Part shown: positions 24,307 to 37,100 of the stretch, in pieces
How the letters are laid out: the number at the start of each line of letters is the position of its first letter
Numbering within the stretch: position 1 is the first letter of the stretch
Assembly (NCBI RefSeq): GCF_022539665.2
Contig: NC_081333.1
Span: 3,162,001 to 3,226,000, forward strand
Origin: Daphnia carinata
Lineage: Eukaryota
Length of the DNA stretch: 64,000 bases
Direction of reading: 5' to 3'
Made by a program: the position numbers and the translations under genes
The notes under the pieces: generated by a model
What the model saw: only the letters and a program-made list of their open reading frames with translations
Databases searched by the model: none
Told to the model about the DNA's origin: nothing

Positions 24307-27300
24307 ACCAGTTTCCCAATCTCCATTGCCAGCAGTTAAAAATAGAAATACCCCCAAAAAATGATCATATGGGGAAGATGCCTCCTTATTTTCACGCAGA
24401 TTCCCGCTTCGTAATCACCAGGCACTAACGAAAGTTAGACCGTCATCTTTTTTTTTTTTTTTTTCAACTTTCCACAACAGTTTGGGTTCTGTACTTTGGT
24501 CGGTAACCGAAAAGACACGTCAATCAGACCCTGCACGCACAGATTTTTTGTATCTTCCCAGATGGTTCCAGTTTTTTTTCTTTCTGACATCGGAATGCAA
24601 CGGAGTAGATAAAACACGTTTGTTGTTTCTTTAAGACACACACAAAGGCATGTACACGTCTACATGCATGCATCTATTCTGGTTGTATAGCCAATAGGAA
24701 GGTACACATACCTGGTAGTTTTGACTGAGGTAAATTCCGGCATAGATTCCAACACCAAATGTCAACTGGAAAGAGAGAAGAATAAAAGATTAATCATTCA
24801 TCATGAAAATTTGTAGCTCGCACACTAAATGAAAATCATAGTTTTGGGGGAAATTCATTCAATGATTATTGGGGAACGAAGAAATCAGATACGAAACGAA
24901 GGGATGCCATTAGATGTCCCTTACAGCGCCACCTACTGCCAAATGCAGAGCGATGAAGACGATCAGAGCCACGTTATAAAAAGCTGCCAGGAGCGTCATG
25001 GTCCCGATCCAATCAAACGAAGAAGAATGTTAATATCTTGAATAAAGGGGAGATCGATAAAGACACAAGATGGAATCGATTTTCTTCTTTAATGTCCAGC
25101 AACCGTGCACGAAATGTTGTTCATTTTATTCTCCCTCCCCCCTCGCTAATTTGATGAACTCAATTGTGACGTAACAGAATTTCACTCGAGTCTTTGGCGC
25201 AAACGGAAACATACACAAACAAACAACTGACACTTGCGCTTGTATTGTGTTCTTCTTATCGGTGTTCTTTTCGCTGCCTCTTTGCGAAGGAAAATTGAAA
25301 GACAACAAAGCAAAAGCAAACAAGCTCTTGGGTATAGTTGGCGTTTCCTTCCTGGGTTGTTTGTTATCACTTTGACACTGTCAGTTAAACGCAAAGAAAA
25401 AAAGCAAAAAAGAAAAACAAGGAACGAGAACGCGGAAGACGGTCCAGTGCGTCACCGAAAATCAGAAGAGACAAAACGTCAACAACGACAACGAAAAAAC
25501 AACACAGACACACAAGAAATCTATTCAAAAATTGAACGAAAGAATAGCCGGGGAAGATTCGTAAATGTTGGAAAAACCTCGCACGCAAGGAACGAGAGCA
25601 CAGATGAAAGAATAAGTGACTCGAGAGAGACGACGGGGAAATATACATTCAAGTGATGGCGTCGCACCGTGTAGTCACACTTCTCGTGTGTCAGCCTCCA
25701 CCACCATCACCGGCGCCTACTACCCCCGCCAGTAGTTTAAAAAAGAGGGAAAAAAAGGAAACCTCTTGAATCTCTCACTCTGAGTCCCGGTGTATGCTAT
25801 TTTTAAAACCGCGCGGTATGTAACGCCCCCCGACCGAGACAGCACCAACACCAAATAAAATGAGATTGGTAAAAAAAAAAAAAGGGGGATAAGAAAAAAG
25901 TAAAATTGAAGAGGGGGGATGGATGGGAAAACAATAAGAGTGGAAGGCAAGGAAAAGAAAAAGAACCTACAAAAAACAGAAGTGAGGAGAGAGGGCTACT
26001 AAAGTGGAGAGGAAGGGAGAGAAAAAAATATATTCAACATCGCGCATGGTGGAAATGGGATAAAGGGACGCACCGGTTCGCTCAGTCACATGCGTTTCGG
26101 ACAGCGGAATAAATAGCTTAAAAAGTTGGTGTCTGGAATAGAGGAATTTTTAGTGAGGAATTTGGTGATGTTTGGCCTGTGGAGCTTGATTTGGGGTAAG
26201 TAACTATGTAAATGTTCTTACCACTCCTCGAAACATGTTTGAATTCCTCAAGAAAGGTTATAGAGTAGAGGTGATGGACGGCTTCAGGTCCTGTAAAATG
26301 GAAACAAAAGATGTAATTGTTTAGAAGGCATCATTTCTGGGTAGGATAAATGCACCACAGACAAACAAACAACACAGTTCATTACGGTGTTGCTGGTGTG
26401 TCTGTGGTAAACGGGCCAGATCCTACACTTTGATGGATATAACCCAAATGGGGGCAACGAGTCTTAGACAAGTATCCTCGCACTTTCGTCGACCGAACCG
26501 ACTGCTAATTTAAGACTGCAAGGTTCGGCAAGATGAGATTTTAAAAAAGGTGGTCCTTAAAGCTAGAGATAGAACTGCAAGCCCAGGAGTATTGTTTTAA
26601 TGACAATGTTTTACAAATTAACGCTGTTGCGTATGTTAATACTGTTTAGGATTATTCTAACTAGAAACGGTTAAAAAGACACTTAACTTTAGAAATATGT
26701 ACTAACAAAAACGAATACCTTCGTAAAAATTTGTAATTTCATACAAAAACAACTTTTCTCTTCAGCAATCGTCTGCTACCGAGTGTACGCTATCGTTGTC
26801 GCCCAATTCCCAACTTTTTAGGGTCCATGCTTTTTGGCCAGGTTCCAGCAAAGGCTATATCGGGAATCTTTAAGCACTTACATAGTTTGACATAACTGAT
26901 TCATCTCAAACTGGCTTAATTGCTCTTTTTATGTCTTTTTTTTCGTAAATAAATTATTAAATTACGCGTCACTTTCGCTCTAGAAAAATAGATGGCAGCA
27001 CCATATGTTTAGAATAGAAATGATAATGTTTCCCTTTTTTTTTCCTTCTTTTTTTTCAAAGAAAACCACTCCACCACATAACAGAGCACTGCTGAAGTAG
27101 ATGAAAGGGGGTAAACTCGTTTTTTTTTGCACGAGCGCCTGCGCTCCGGAGCTTCTCCGACCAATAACGACTGGCCGGCGATGAAAGAGCGGGTCGACAT
27201 CGGGAGGAGGGACGAACGGAGAGACAAGAGACGGATGGAGTTTTGGGTCCCCTCATCCGGGCGGCAGCGCGCGGGTCAGAGTACGCACTCCCGAAAATAA

Positions 27301-29910
27301 AAAAAAAAAGAGAAAATCCTACGCAACACACACACACACAAAGATGACGATTGCCAGTGAAATATCCAGTAACTGGCGGGTTGTCGGTGTTGAACGAGGT
27401 CTCACAGTTGAACTCCCCATCCATTCAGCGAGTCCCTTTCATTTGAAAGATGGTTATTCCTTTCCAAAATTGTCAAATTACTTCATCCTTGCTCAATGAA
27501 TTTTAAAACCCCGTTTCCAAGTGATTTCCTTCGCACAATCCATTCATTTAAATTGTTTTTCTAAGAACAAGAAAAGTGAAGATTGCAAAATAACGGGGGG
27601 AAATCATTAGGACGTCGTTGTCGTTAGAACGACCGTGCCTGGCGCCGAGTGCTGTCGTGAGAATGCCGTAGTTGGTGGTGCGTGTCGTCGCCATTAGACG
27701 CGATTTGTGTCGTCTCGGTGAACAAACACACACAAGAGAACCTCTACATCCCAGTGCAGTATTCCCTTCCACAGTTCTTCGTCCAGTGTATCTCTGTGTG
27801 TGTGTTTGTGTGTGTGTGGTGTAAAGACAATTACGAAAGAGATAGAAAAGATCGTAATCCAAATGTAATCAAAGAAAGCGAATAATGGAAAGGCAGCAAA
27901 TGGAAATGATAATAACAAACGTGTTGTCCTGCAACTGGCCATTCCATCAAAACGAACAGTCATCAGTGTCTCGGTTAGTGTTGCCCTGCGGTGTTAGTGG
28001 TGCCAGTGATGGTGCAAGTGCTGCGAGCTTATTACGCCATAACGTGTCGCTCTGGCTGATCCAGGTGATCCAGCGCTCGTCTCTAACTGACGAACTTCAA
28101 TTATAATGAATTTAAAAATAGTTATTGTTACCTTTCGTAATGATCCCCTCCCCCGCTATTGACCCATAGTCTATCATGTTGTCTTGTTTATTACGATTTT
28201 TGTTTCATCCGTTTTTCTTTTGTTTTGTTCTCTTCCGCACGGCTTATTCTTTTCAATCATCACGCTCTGTTCGTTATCCAACCGACAAACGCTGTTGCTT
28301 CGTATCCACTGCCTTGCGTCCCTTCATTTCTTGTGAAAGAGATAGGCAGACGGATAGGGAAAAAAAGAAGATAGAGGCGAGTTCTATATCGAAAGAGAAA
28401 AGACAGGAAGAAGTGTTGCTCGATAGACTCCTTCTCTCTCTCTCTCTCTTTGAGCTTGGCTCGACGCCATGAGACGCCAATCCCCTCGACACCAGTTGGA
28501 TGTGACGTCTCAGGTATTATCGCGTGCCCTCCTCACATACTCGAACCTCCTCTCCGAGCATCATAAAGAAGGCGAATTAATTTTTATTCCATGTCTACAA
28601 TAGATTCCTGCTACCCAAATCTGTTGGGTAGCGTCTGATTTCATCGATCATGCAAAGCGTCGGCCATCGTTCTCTGTCTAATGTCAAAAAACAATTTTTT
28701 TTTTTGCTTGAAAATATTGAAAGCGTATCGAATCGGCTAGTGGGATAAGCCTTTTGAAACGCGTAAAAATAATTTCAAAGCCCAACAAAATAAGTCGAAG
28801 AGTCGTAACGGATATTATCAGCTGAAAAGGAAAGAATGGCGTCTATGTAGGCAGTCGGGAGCAGCTACAGGGAGCCCTGCAGCAGCAGCTTTTGTGTGTA
28901 CTGCGTGTGTCTAGTATATATATCTACCTCGATAGCTCCTAGGCAACGTGTTTGGTGCTGGCGTATTGATCGCGTCTCGAAACCGGGCGACTCTCCGCTG
29001 TACGAGCGCCCGTTTGCGTGCCGCAGATAGACGTCGATTGAACTCGTCGTATCTTTTTTTTTTTTGGCATTTTGCATTTTGTTTTCTCTTACTGTTGAAC
29101 AACAAATGTCATCTGTAATTATGAGAGGGCTTTATTTTCTATGAGACATGTTTGTTCAAGTCCGATTGTGACCAGTCAAATAGGAATGGGATGTTAGGGA
29201 CCGCAGGACACGCCTATTACTGCTGAGGATCCCCCCTTCTCGTTTGATTACATCAAAGGGAATATAGGAAAGGAAAGAAGAAAAAAAAGAAACGGAGCTA
29301 GGAGACAAGGCATTGTCGATGTCCGTTACACACTAGCTCACCATTTGTGTTGTACGTATCAGTGTCTGTAACTCTCGGTTATGGCATCACGTTTCACGCG
29401 TACGTTTCTTGCCCTCGAGCTCACGGTCGATTGTCAAACAATTAGGCTACTGACTTTTTCATTGGAATGGCTTTGACGTTCCTTTCATTTGCAAACGAGA
29501 TGCGCACTTGAACTCCGATACATTCCCACGTATCACTTTCTTTTTTCAAATAATATTTCTAAAAAAAATTGATGGCGCATGAACGAAATCACACGGGTAT
29601 CAGATCATTTAGGCAACAGGCTTTTCCTTTTTTTTTGTTCCCCTCAAATCCCTATACACACACACACACACACATTATTTGTCAATAACATAAGCCTCTC
29701 TACTTTCTTTTATCCATCTCTTCTTTTGCATACAATAATGTTTTTTGTTTTCTTTTGTTAAAACAAAAAATTATTCTCACCTTACTATTCTGTACACAAA
29801 ACCGAGTGTAGGCCTTTACACAAGTTGCAGGGCGGATGCAGCTGCTATACCCAAAAAGCAGATCAATAAAAACCTCCGCCAGTTTTGGGGCTGTGTCTAT
29901 ATAGCTAGAG

Positions 29911-29941
29911 CGTGTGTGCGTGTGTGTGTGTGTGTGTGTGT
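29911..29941. repeat. (GT)n microsatellite
   Basis: Visible GT dinucleotide run; similar runs near 29656 (CA), 38457 and 39396. Confidence 0.8.
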
Positions 29942-31108
29942 CTGGAACTTCTGTTTGGGACTCTATATAGTCTTTGATATGAAGTACTTACTATTACCTT
30001 ATATCGTACTCTCTTCTTTTTCTATAGAGAAAAAGGTTTCGTTCTCTGTGGCTCGTTGGCCATAGACACATCCTGATACCATCCAAACCCATTCGATCAG
30101 GGATTGGAAAAAAAGGGCTAGAAACAAAAGAGAAACTTTGTTCTTTTGGCGACGAGATATACGGACGCGATACTAATACAATATAGGCACAAACAAATGA
30201 CTGTACCCTCCGGAGAAAATAAAAGAAGAAATCTTGATCTGCCATTTATATGGGGGGGGGGGGCTATATAATGTATAGGAAGAATAGATTCGATGAGAGA
30301 AATCGATGCCCAAATTGAATGGCGGTTACGTGGTCCGCTCTCTAACATCCGCTACTGATGTGTATCTAATTGAATGTACTGTATGACTTGAACAAATTAT
30401 TTTTTTTTTACGATAGTTATTGTTATTTGCATGAAGCTATGTGTTTTAACACTTATTTTCGATGTAACAATATTTGTTTTGTTTGAAAACAGATTGCCCA
30501 AGATTGAGGAATGAGTGAGAGTAAGCCGGACAACAATCCAAAGGCATCTACTTGTATGCCAAGCTCTTTACCTTCTTCACCAAAGATCACTGCTAGTCAA
30601 GGTAATACCATTTCAATCTGTGCAATTGAAGTTCATCGTATACCACATTGTGTGTGTGCTCTCTCTTGTATGTGACAGTACGTATTTGTGAACGATTAGC
30701 TAAACAAAGACTAAGCTCGTACCTTCAAAGGAAATCAATCAGATTGTTTGATTTCTTTCTTTTCTTTCTTTCTTTCTGGTTAGTATCTAATTTATCGACA
30801 CTCTTGTTTGCTGTACAAGGCAATATTTCGATTCAGTATACAACTTCCGATATCGATCACACAATCATTGATCCGTGTATACGAGGTCCTCTTTCCATTC
30901 AATTTTCATCCCTTCCAATATTCGACGATAAATAACCCGCTATCAATATTGACTGCGATGCACACTGTTTAATTTTAATAATAATAAAAAAAAGGACGAG
31001 CTCCTAATCATAAAAAAAAAATTAGAGTTCAATATTTGATATCGTCATCATTATCTTGTTGATGCGGTGTGCACAGGCGGCGGAGCGAATTGTGCTGGCG
31101 TCGCGAAA

Positions 31109-34100
31109 ATGACGTCGACGAATTTTGTGCCGTTGCCAGCAGCGAACGCGGTGCCAGGGACGCCCGCAACGTCGGCAGCTATTCCGACGACGACGACGAC
31201 GCCGCCCACAACGGCTCCGAACGTGGCCGTCCTGGTGCCGTCCAAAATGGATCCGCTTCATCATCATCATCATCAGACTCAATCGCAGCAGCCGAAGAAA
31301 CATCAAAGCGTCAAGCTGCAGAAGGTGAAAAGACAATTGCAGGCCATGGGCGTCCGTGCGCCGAACACGTCTTCCAGCACCGTTCCAGAATGGCGTTCGT
31401 CTTGGAGCCGTCGATCACAGCGCTCCGAACGGGGCCATCATCCGGAACAGCCGTTGGCCAACAACAATAGTGTCCTGACTGTCAGCACGCCCAACATGTC
31501 GAGCGCCATCAGGCGGGCGGCAGGTGCGGCAGCTGCGGCTGATGTGCAAAGTGCAACTGGACGCGTCGGACTATTGTCCGGCAGTGAGACGGATCGAGAC
31601 GAGGAAGAGCGCGAAGAAGACGAGGAAGAAGAGCAGCGATTAATGGCCGGAATGCGCATTCAAATGATGTCGTCGCCAGGTGCGGCCGGTCCAGGTGTGC
31701 CCCTCCATCAGTATCACTCGCGCTCGATGACGTCCCTACCGCCGGAGCCGTTCATGATCATGCGAAGCAAAGCGCTCAACCGCCGGGTGAGCATCAACGT
31801 CGGCGGCGTCCGGCACGAAGTCTTGTGGCGGACGCTGGAACGGCTGCCGCACACCAGACTTGGCCGGCTGAGGGACTGCAACAGCCACGAGGCTATCATC
31901 GAACTGTGCGACGACTACTCGCTGGTGGACAACGAGTACTTCTTCGACAGACATCCGCGCTCTTTCTCGTCCATTCTCAATTTCTACCGGACGGGCAAAC
32001 TGCATCTGGTCGAGGAGATGTGCGTCATCGCCTTCTCCGACGATCTAGAGTATTGGGGCATCGACGAGCTCTATCTAGAGTCCTGCTGCCAGCACAAGTA
32101 CCACCAGCGCAAGGAGCACGTCCACGAGGAGATGCGCAAAGAGGCCGAGAGTCTCCGGCAGCGCGACGAGGAAGAATTCGGAGAGGGGACATGCGCCCAT
32201 TACCAGAAACTCTTGTGGGATCTACTGGAGAAACCCACATCATCCTTCCCGGCTAGGGTAAGTCTTGCTTTTTTTTTTTTTTTTTTAACTTTAATCGTCG
32301 TAACTTGAAGATATTTGAAATGTGTCCTTTTTTTTCGTTTTTCGCGCGTCATCCAATTACTTTGCGAATGGCGAAAGATGGTTGACCCGAAGGGCCAAAC
32401 AACTGCTCTATTGCGAGAGAGGGAGGCCATTAAAAATGATTATTAGTTTCTAATAGTCTGTGTGTTTTTTGTTTGTTTTTTTCTTCACTTGCATCCGTCC
32501 CTCCGGAATAGCTCGTTTATTATGCGCAGCCAAGCGGGGACGCTTCGAATGCAAATGCGTTTGTTAATTTAGACTTGTACATTTTGGCAAAGTTACGAAC
32601 GTGATCTCAATCTAGGGATGGCCCTCCTTTAGAATGTAATATTTGTAGGGTTAAACTTTGTCTTGGAATGCGTAAGGAGGAGGGGACATTACATGTTAAA
32701 ATTGACGTTCGATTAGTACGGGAAGGGAAGGGAATATCCCGCATGTATTCGAGATTCGTGTTGCAGATTGCGTATGGAGAGACGTTCATCATCGTTTTTT
32801 TCTTTGGGGAGAGACTAAAAAAGAAATGGGAAGAGACAAGTAACTCAAACAACAGGTCGAGCAGAATATACTTAAATAGCAATGGGCTTTGCGTCAGTCC
32901 CCGTGGTCCTATAAATACAACCGCAATCCTCGACGCCGATGTCCTTTTGCTACGTGTTTACTTAACTCGTTTTTTACATGGGAGTCAGCAAGGAAAGCAA
33001 CACTAATGGTGATTCAAATGTCTATTTTGAAAAATGTGTTTTGATGATTTTTATTTCCATCATTATAGCCTAAAGAATTCTGTTAAACATTAATGACTGA
33101 TTATTATGTTTTGTAGGTATCTATAGTTTGATTACGCGTAGAGGTAGTATTATGGTTTCTTAAGGTTAGAATTTCAAATAGGAGTGTTGAACATTCTTGA
33201 TAGACTTGATTTATTTTTTCTTTAAATGTCACAGAGTTGACGGTGTTGCGTGATTGATATTGAAAAATCGTAGGGAACTGCCTTTTAGAAATATGACGAC
33301 GATGGTGTTTCTGTTTTTGTTGTTTTGCTGTGTCGGTGTGAACAATCTCTTGGCTTTCGACCTCACACAGAGACATAGGATCGATAACGATCTATTACTT
33401 TTTACGTTTCATTTCCATCCTTCATCATCATCTTTTCTTTTTTTCGTGCCTTTACCCTCTTCCATTTGATTTTGGACCTTCTCATTTTCTTGGTTTCGTC
33501 TACCTCGTCGGGTATTGACAGTTAAAACACAAAAATATGTTTCTTAATGTTTTGGGACGCATGAACAAAAAAAAAAAAAAAAGAATCGAATATTCGTAAA
33601 AAAAAAAATTAAAAGAACAAAAACACACAAATTTCGGATGGGCAAAAGGCAACGACAGTGCTTTCCGTATTAATGCATCATCACGTGAGCTGGCTGGCAA
33701 ACCACAAGACCTCAAGAGGCTAATGACTGCGCTGCATCAATTTTGGGACATTGTTATTCAAAAGCCTAAAGGCGATTGAATAACAAGATGCGTCTGCCTT
33801 TCCTTGTACATTTCCATTTATTTATTTTTTAAAAATCGAATAGCAAAGAACAAGAATAAGGAACAAAAAGGCTTACGTGTATAACCCACCTGGCGTAGCG
33901 CAGTTGTTTTAAAATCTCCCAACCCTTTTCCAACTCGCTAAAACATTTCGGAAAACAAAAATCTTCGGATCGGAAAAAAAAAATATTCTTCGCTATCGCT
34001 GGTGCAAAGAGGAAAAAAAAATCAGCTTTGGACTTGTTCCTCTGGGTTAAAAATGTTGTTAGACGCCCAACATCCGTAAAGATTTATGGCTGCAGTCACG

Positions 34101-37100
34101 TTATTGAACCCGCCAAATTTGTTTTTCTTTTTTTTGGCTAAAGAGAAGACATTGTCGAGGAATGAATGGAGAAAAGTCCTTTATTATCCTACCTCTTTTA
34201 TTTTTGCAGTCCTTTCCTTTCGACATGGAAAAGTCATTTGCATGCATCCCACCTGTGCATCGTGTTCAAATGATCGCAGTAGCTTACGACATCTGCAGAT
34301 TGTGCACGTTAGGCTTTAATTAAAGTCAGCATGATGTTGCACGTTTGATGTTTTTTTTTTTGGGGAACTTTCCCTTTTTGAAATGTCACTCGACTTAATC
34401 TTTATTTCACTTACGATATTGTATTGCAAGGTCGATGAAAATCTACGGGAAGGTAGCGACATTTGATTGATAATGGTCGAAAATCAATGCAAATTGTTTA
34501 TTCGACATCAGTTGTATTTAAAAACCGTGGTTCTCGTTGTTTCTTTCGAATGGTAATTTAAAACATTTTTTTTTATATTTATGCTAATCGACTAGTGCGA
34601 AAACACGAAGAAAACACCAAAGAGATTCGAAATTGCATGCGAAATTGCTGATGCCGTTTAAATCTTTTTACAAATTTTTTACAAAAACTCATTTAGGTAG
34701 TGATGGTGAATGCTGAACGAACTATGATTTATCTGTACATTTATTCTAACCACAACGAACATTTTTGAAAATTCCACCTTTTTCTTTCAATTTCATTTTT
34801 GGGAAATTTTTGAACACAACAACTAACCACACTGCTTATTCCCTTTTTTCAATAATCCCGCATCGGACATCTTTTTTTCCAAAATGATGATTTTTCTCCA
34901 TTGGATTCATTCACATTTGATTTCCGCCGGACAAAATTTTTATTTAATGAGGGGGCTCTAATTAACAAGACAAGAAATTCCAAAGCTCCACGCTGATTTG
35001 AAAGCGAAAATCGACTTGCAAAATACGATAAAAAAAAAAAAACGAAAACAAAATGTCAGGTCGTAGCGGTGATTTCGATCCTGTTCATCGTGCTGTCGAC
35101 GGTAGCCCTGACGCTCAACACGCTGCCGGCGCTGCAGGAAGAGGGCGACGTGGCCGGAACAACGATGGACAACCACAATTTGGCGACGGTGGAGGCCGTG
35201 TGCATAACGTGGTTCACGCTCGAGTACCTGCTCCGTTTCGCCGCCTCGCCGAGCAAGTGGAAATTCTTCAAAGGGGCCCTAAACGTGATCGACCTGTTGG
35301 CCATCTTGCCCTACTTTATCTCTTTGTTGCTCATCGAGACGAAGAACAATTCGGACCAGTTCCAGGACGTGCGCCGGGTCGTGCAGATTTTCCGCATCAT
35401 GCGGATCCTGCGTATTTTGAAATTGGCGCGCCACTCGACCGGCCTCCAATCCTTAGGCTTTACGCTGCGCAATTCGTACAAAGAGCTCGGCCTGTTGATG
35501 CTCTTCCTGGCCATGGGCGTCCTCATCTTCTCGTCGCTCTGCTATTTCGCCGAGAAAGACGAACCGGGTTCCAAGTACACCAGCATTCCTGAAACCTTCT
35601 GGTGGGCCGGAATTACCATGACGACGGTCGGCTACGGTGATATCTATCCGGTCACACCCCTAGGGAAGGTTATCGGAAGCGTCTGCTGCATTTGCGGAGT
35701 ACTGGTCATTGCCTTGCCTATCCCCATCGTCGTCAACAATTTTACCGAGTTTTACAAGAATCAAATGCGGAGGGAGAAGGCGCTGAAGCGCAAGGAGGCC
35801 CTGGAGCGGGCTAAGAGGGAGGGCAGCATCGTCTCCTTCCACCACGTCAACCTGAGGGACGCCTTCGCCAAATCCATGGACATCATCGACGTCATCGTCG
35901 ATACAGGTAACATTTTTCATTTGATTTTCTATTCACGTTTTCATTCGTTTTTTTTTTTTTTTTGTATGTACGGGTGCTCTTCTTTTCTTTTTCAAATTGC
36001 CAAGAGCGGATTGTTAAACGGATCGATAGGGCCCAGAACCCACCCTCTCGTTTTAGCTCTTTGGCCTTTTAGGGAGAAATGTGTACACTAAGAAAAAAAA
36101 AAAAAAAAGCGGGGGGATGGAGTGTGTATAGAGGCAATCTCGGCTCGCGTTGTTTGGGTCGGGAATGTCTTTTAAAGAAAAAAAAAAAAAAGAGCTATCA
36201 AAATGGCGGTCTGTATAATTCTGCTGATTCAGACGGGTTAGCAAATAAAAATTCACGCATTTTCTACATGCACGTTACGTTAAAATGGGCAATGAAAAAA
36301 AAAAAAACCAGGTACAAATCCATAGAAATAAAAAGAAATGTGTTTAAACTTCTGACTGCCTTTTTAACTGCGGAAGAACCTTTGGCGGAATAGGGACACG
36401 TCCAGAGAGTGGGTTGGTGAACAAGCGATCAATATGCTAGGATATATACGAGCAACGTATAAGAGTTGGGGCAAAGAGCGCAGCATCCAGTCTAAACTGG
36501 AACGTATCTTTTAAAGGCTCTATATTTCGATTTTGTATTTTTTTTTGGCCTGCAATTTCATTCACGTCATCCTATCGAACAGAAATTACGCTTTTAACCG
36601 ACCTTTTTATTTCCATCGTTATTGCTGTAAATGGTATTCGATTAAGTTCATTCCCATTTAAAAAAAAAAAAAAAATCGATTTCAAATTTTTGTTTCGATA
36701 GAACATGACATTTGTACTGTGCATCACGTACGAAATCAATTCCTTTCTCAGCTTCGCTCTGCTATTAACTATACTCGGGTTTTATGATCTAAACAAGAGC
36801 AGATACGTGAGATTTTTTGTTCCCTTTTTCTTTTAGAAATGAGCCTGTACTTTATATCGCAGCACACAGCGACACACACGCACGCAAGGAGACTGTATTT
36901 GTCTGTTGCAGATGTTATTGACTCCCTTTTTCACGGCTCGACAGTTGTGAGTCTGTAGACCAATTGTGTTTTACATGTATCCGCACAGATGATGCTTCTG
37001 TGGTCTAACGCTCTTTGCCTCGCTCCATAGTCGTTAGTATGATGCTATTTTTTTCATTCGTTGCGGATGTTTTTTTTTGATTATACGAACGGGTTGTCTT

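Noticed and set aside
25126..30400. Numerous 60-140 aa ORFs upstream of Shab
   Set aside because: Low-complexity translations of A/T runs and CA/GT microsatellites with no coherent exon chain.
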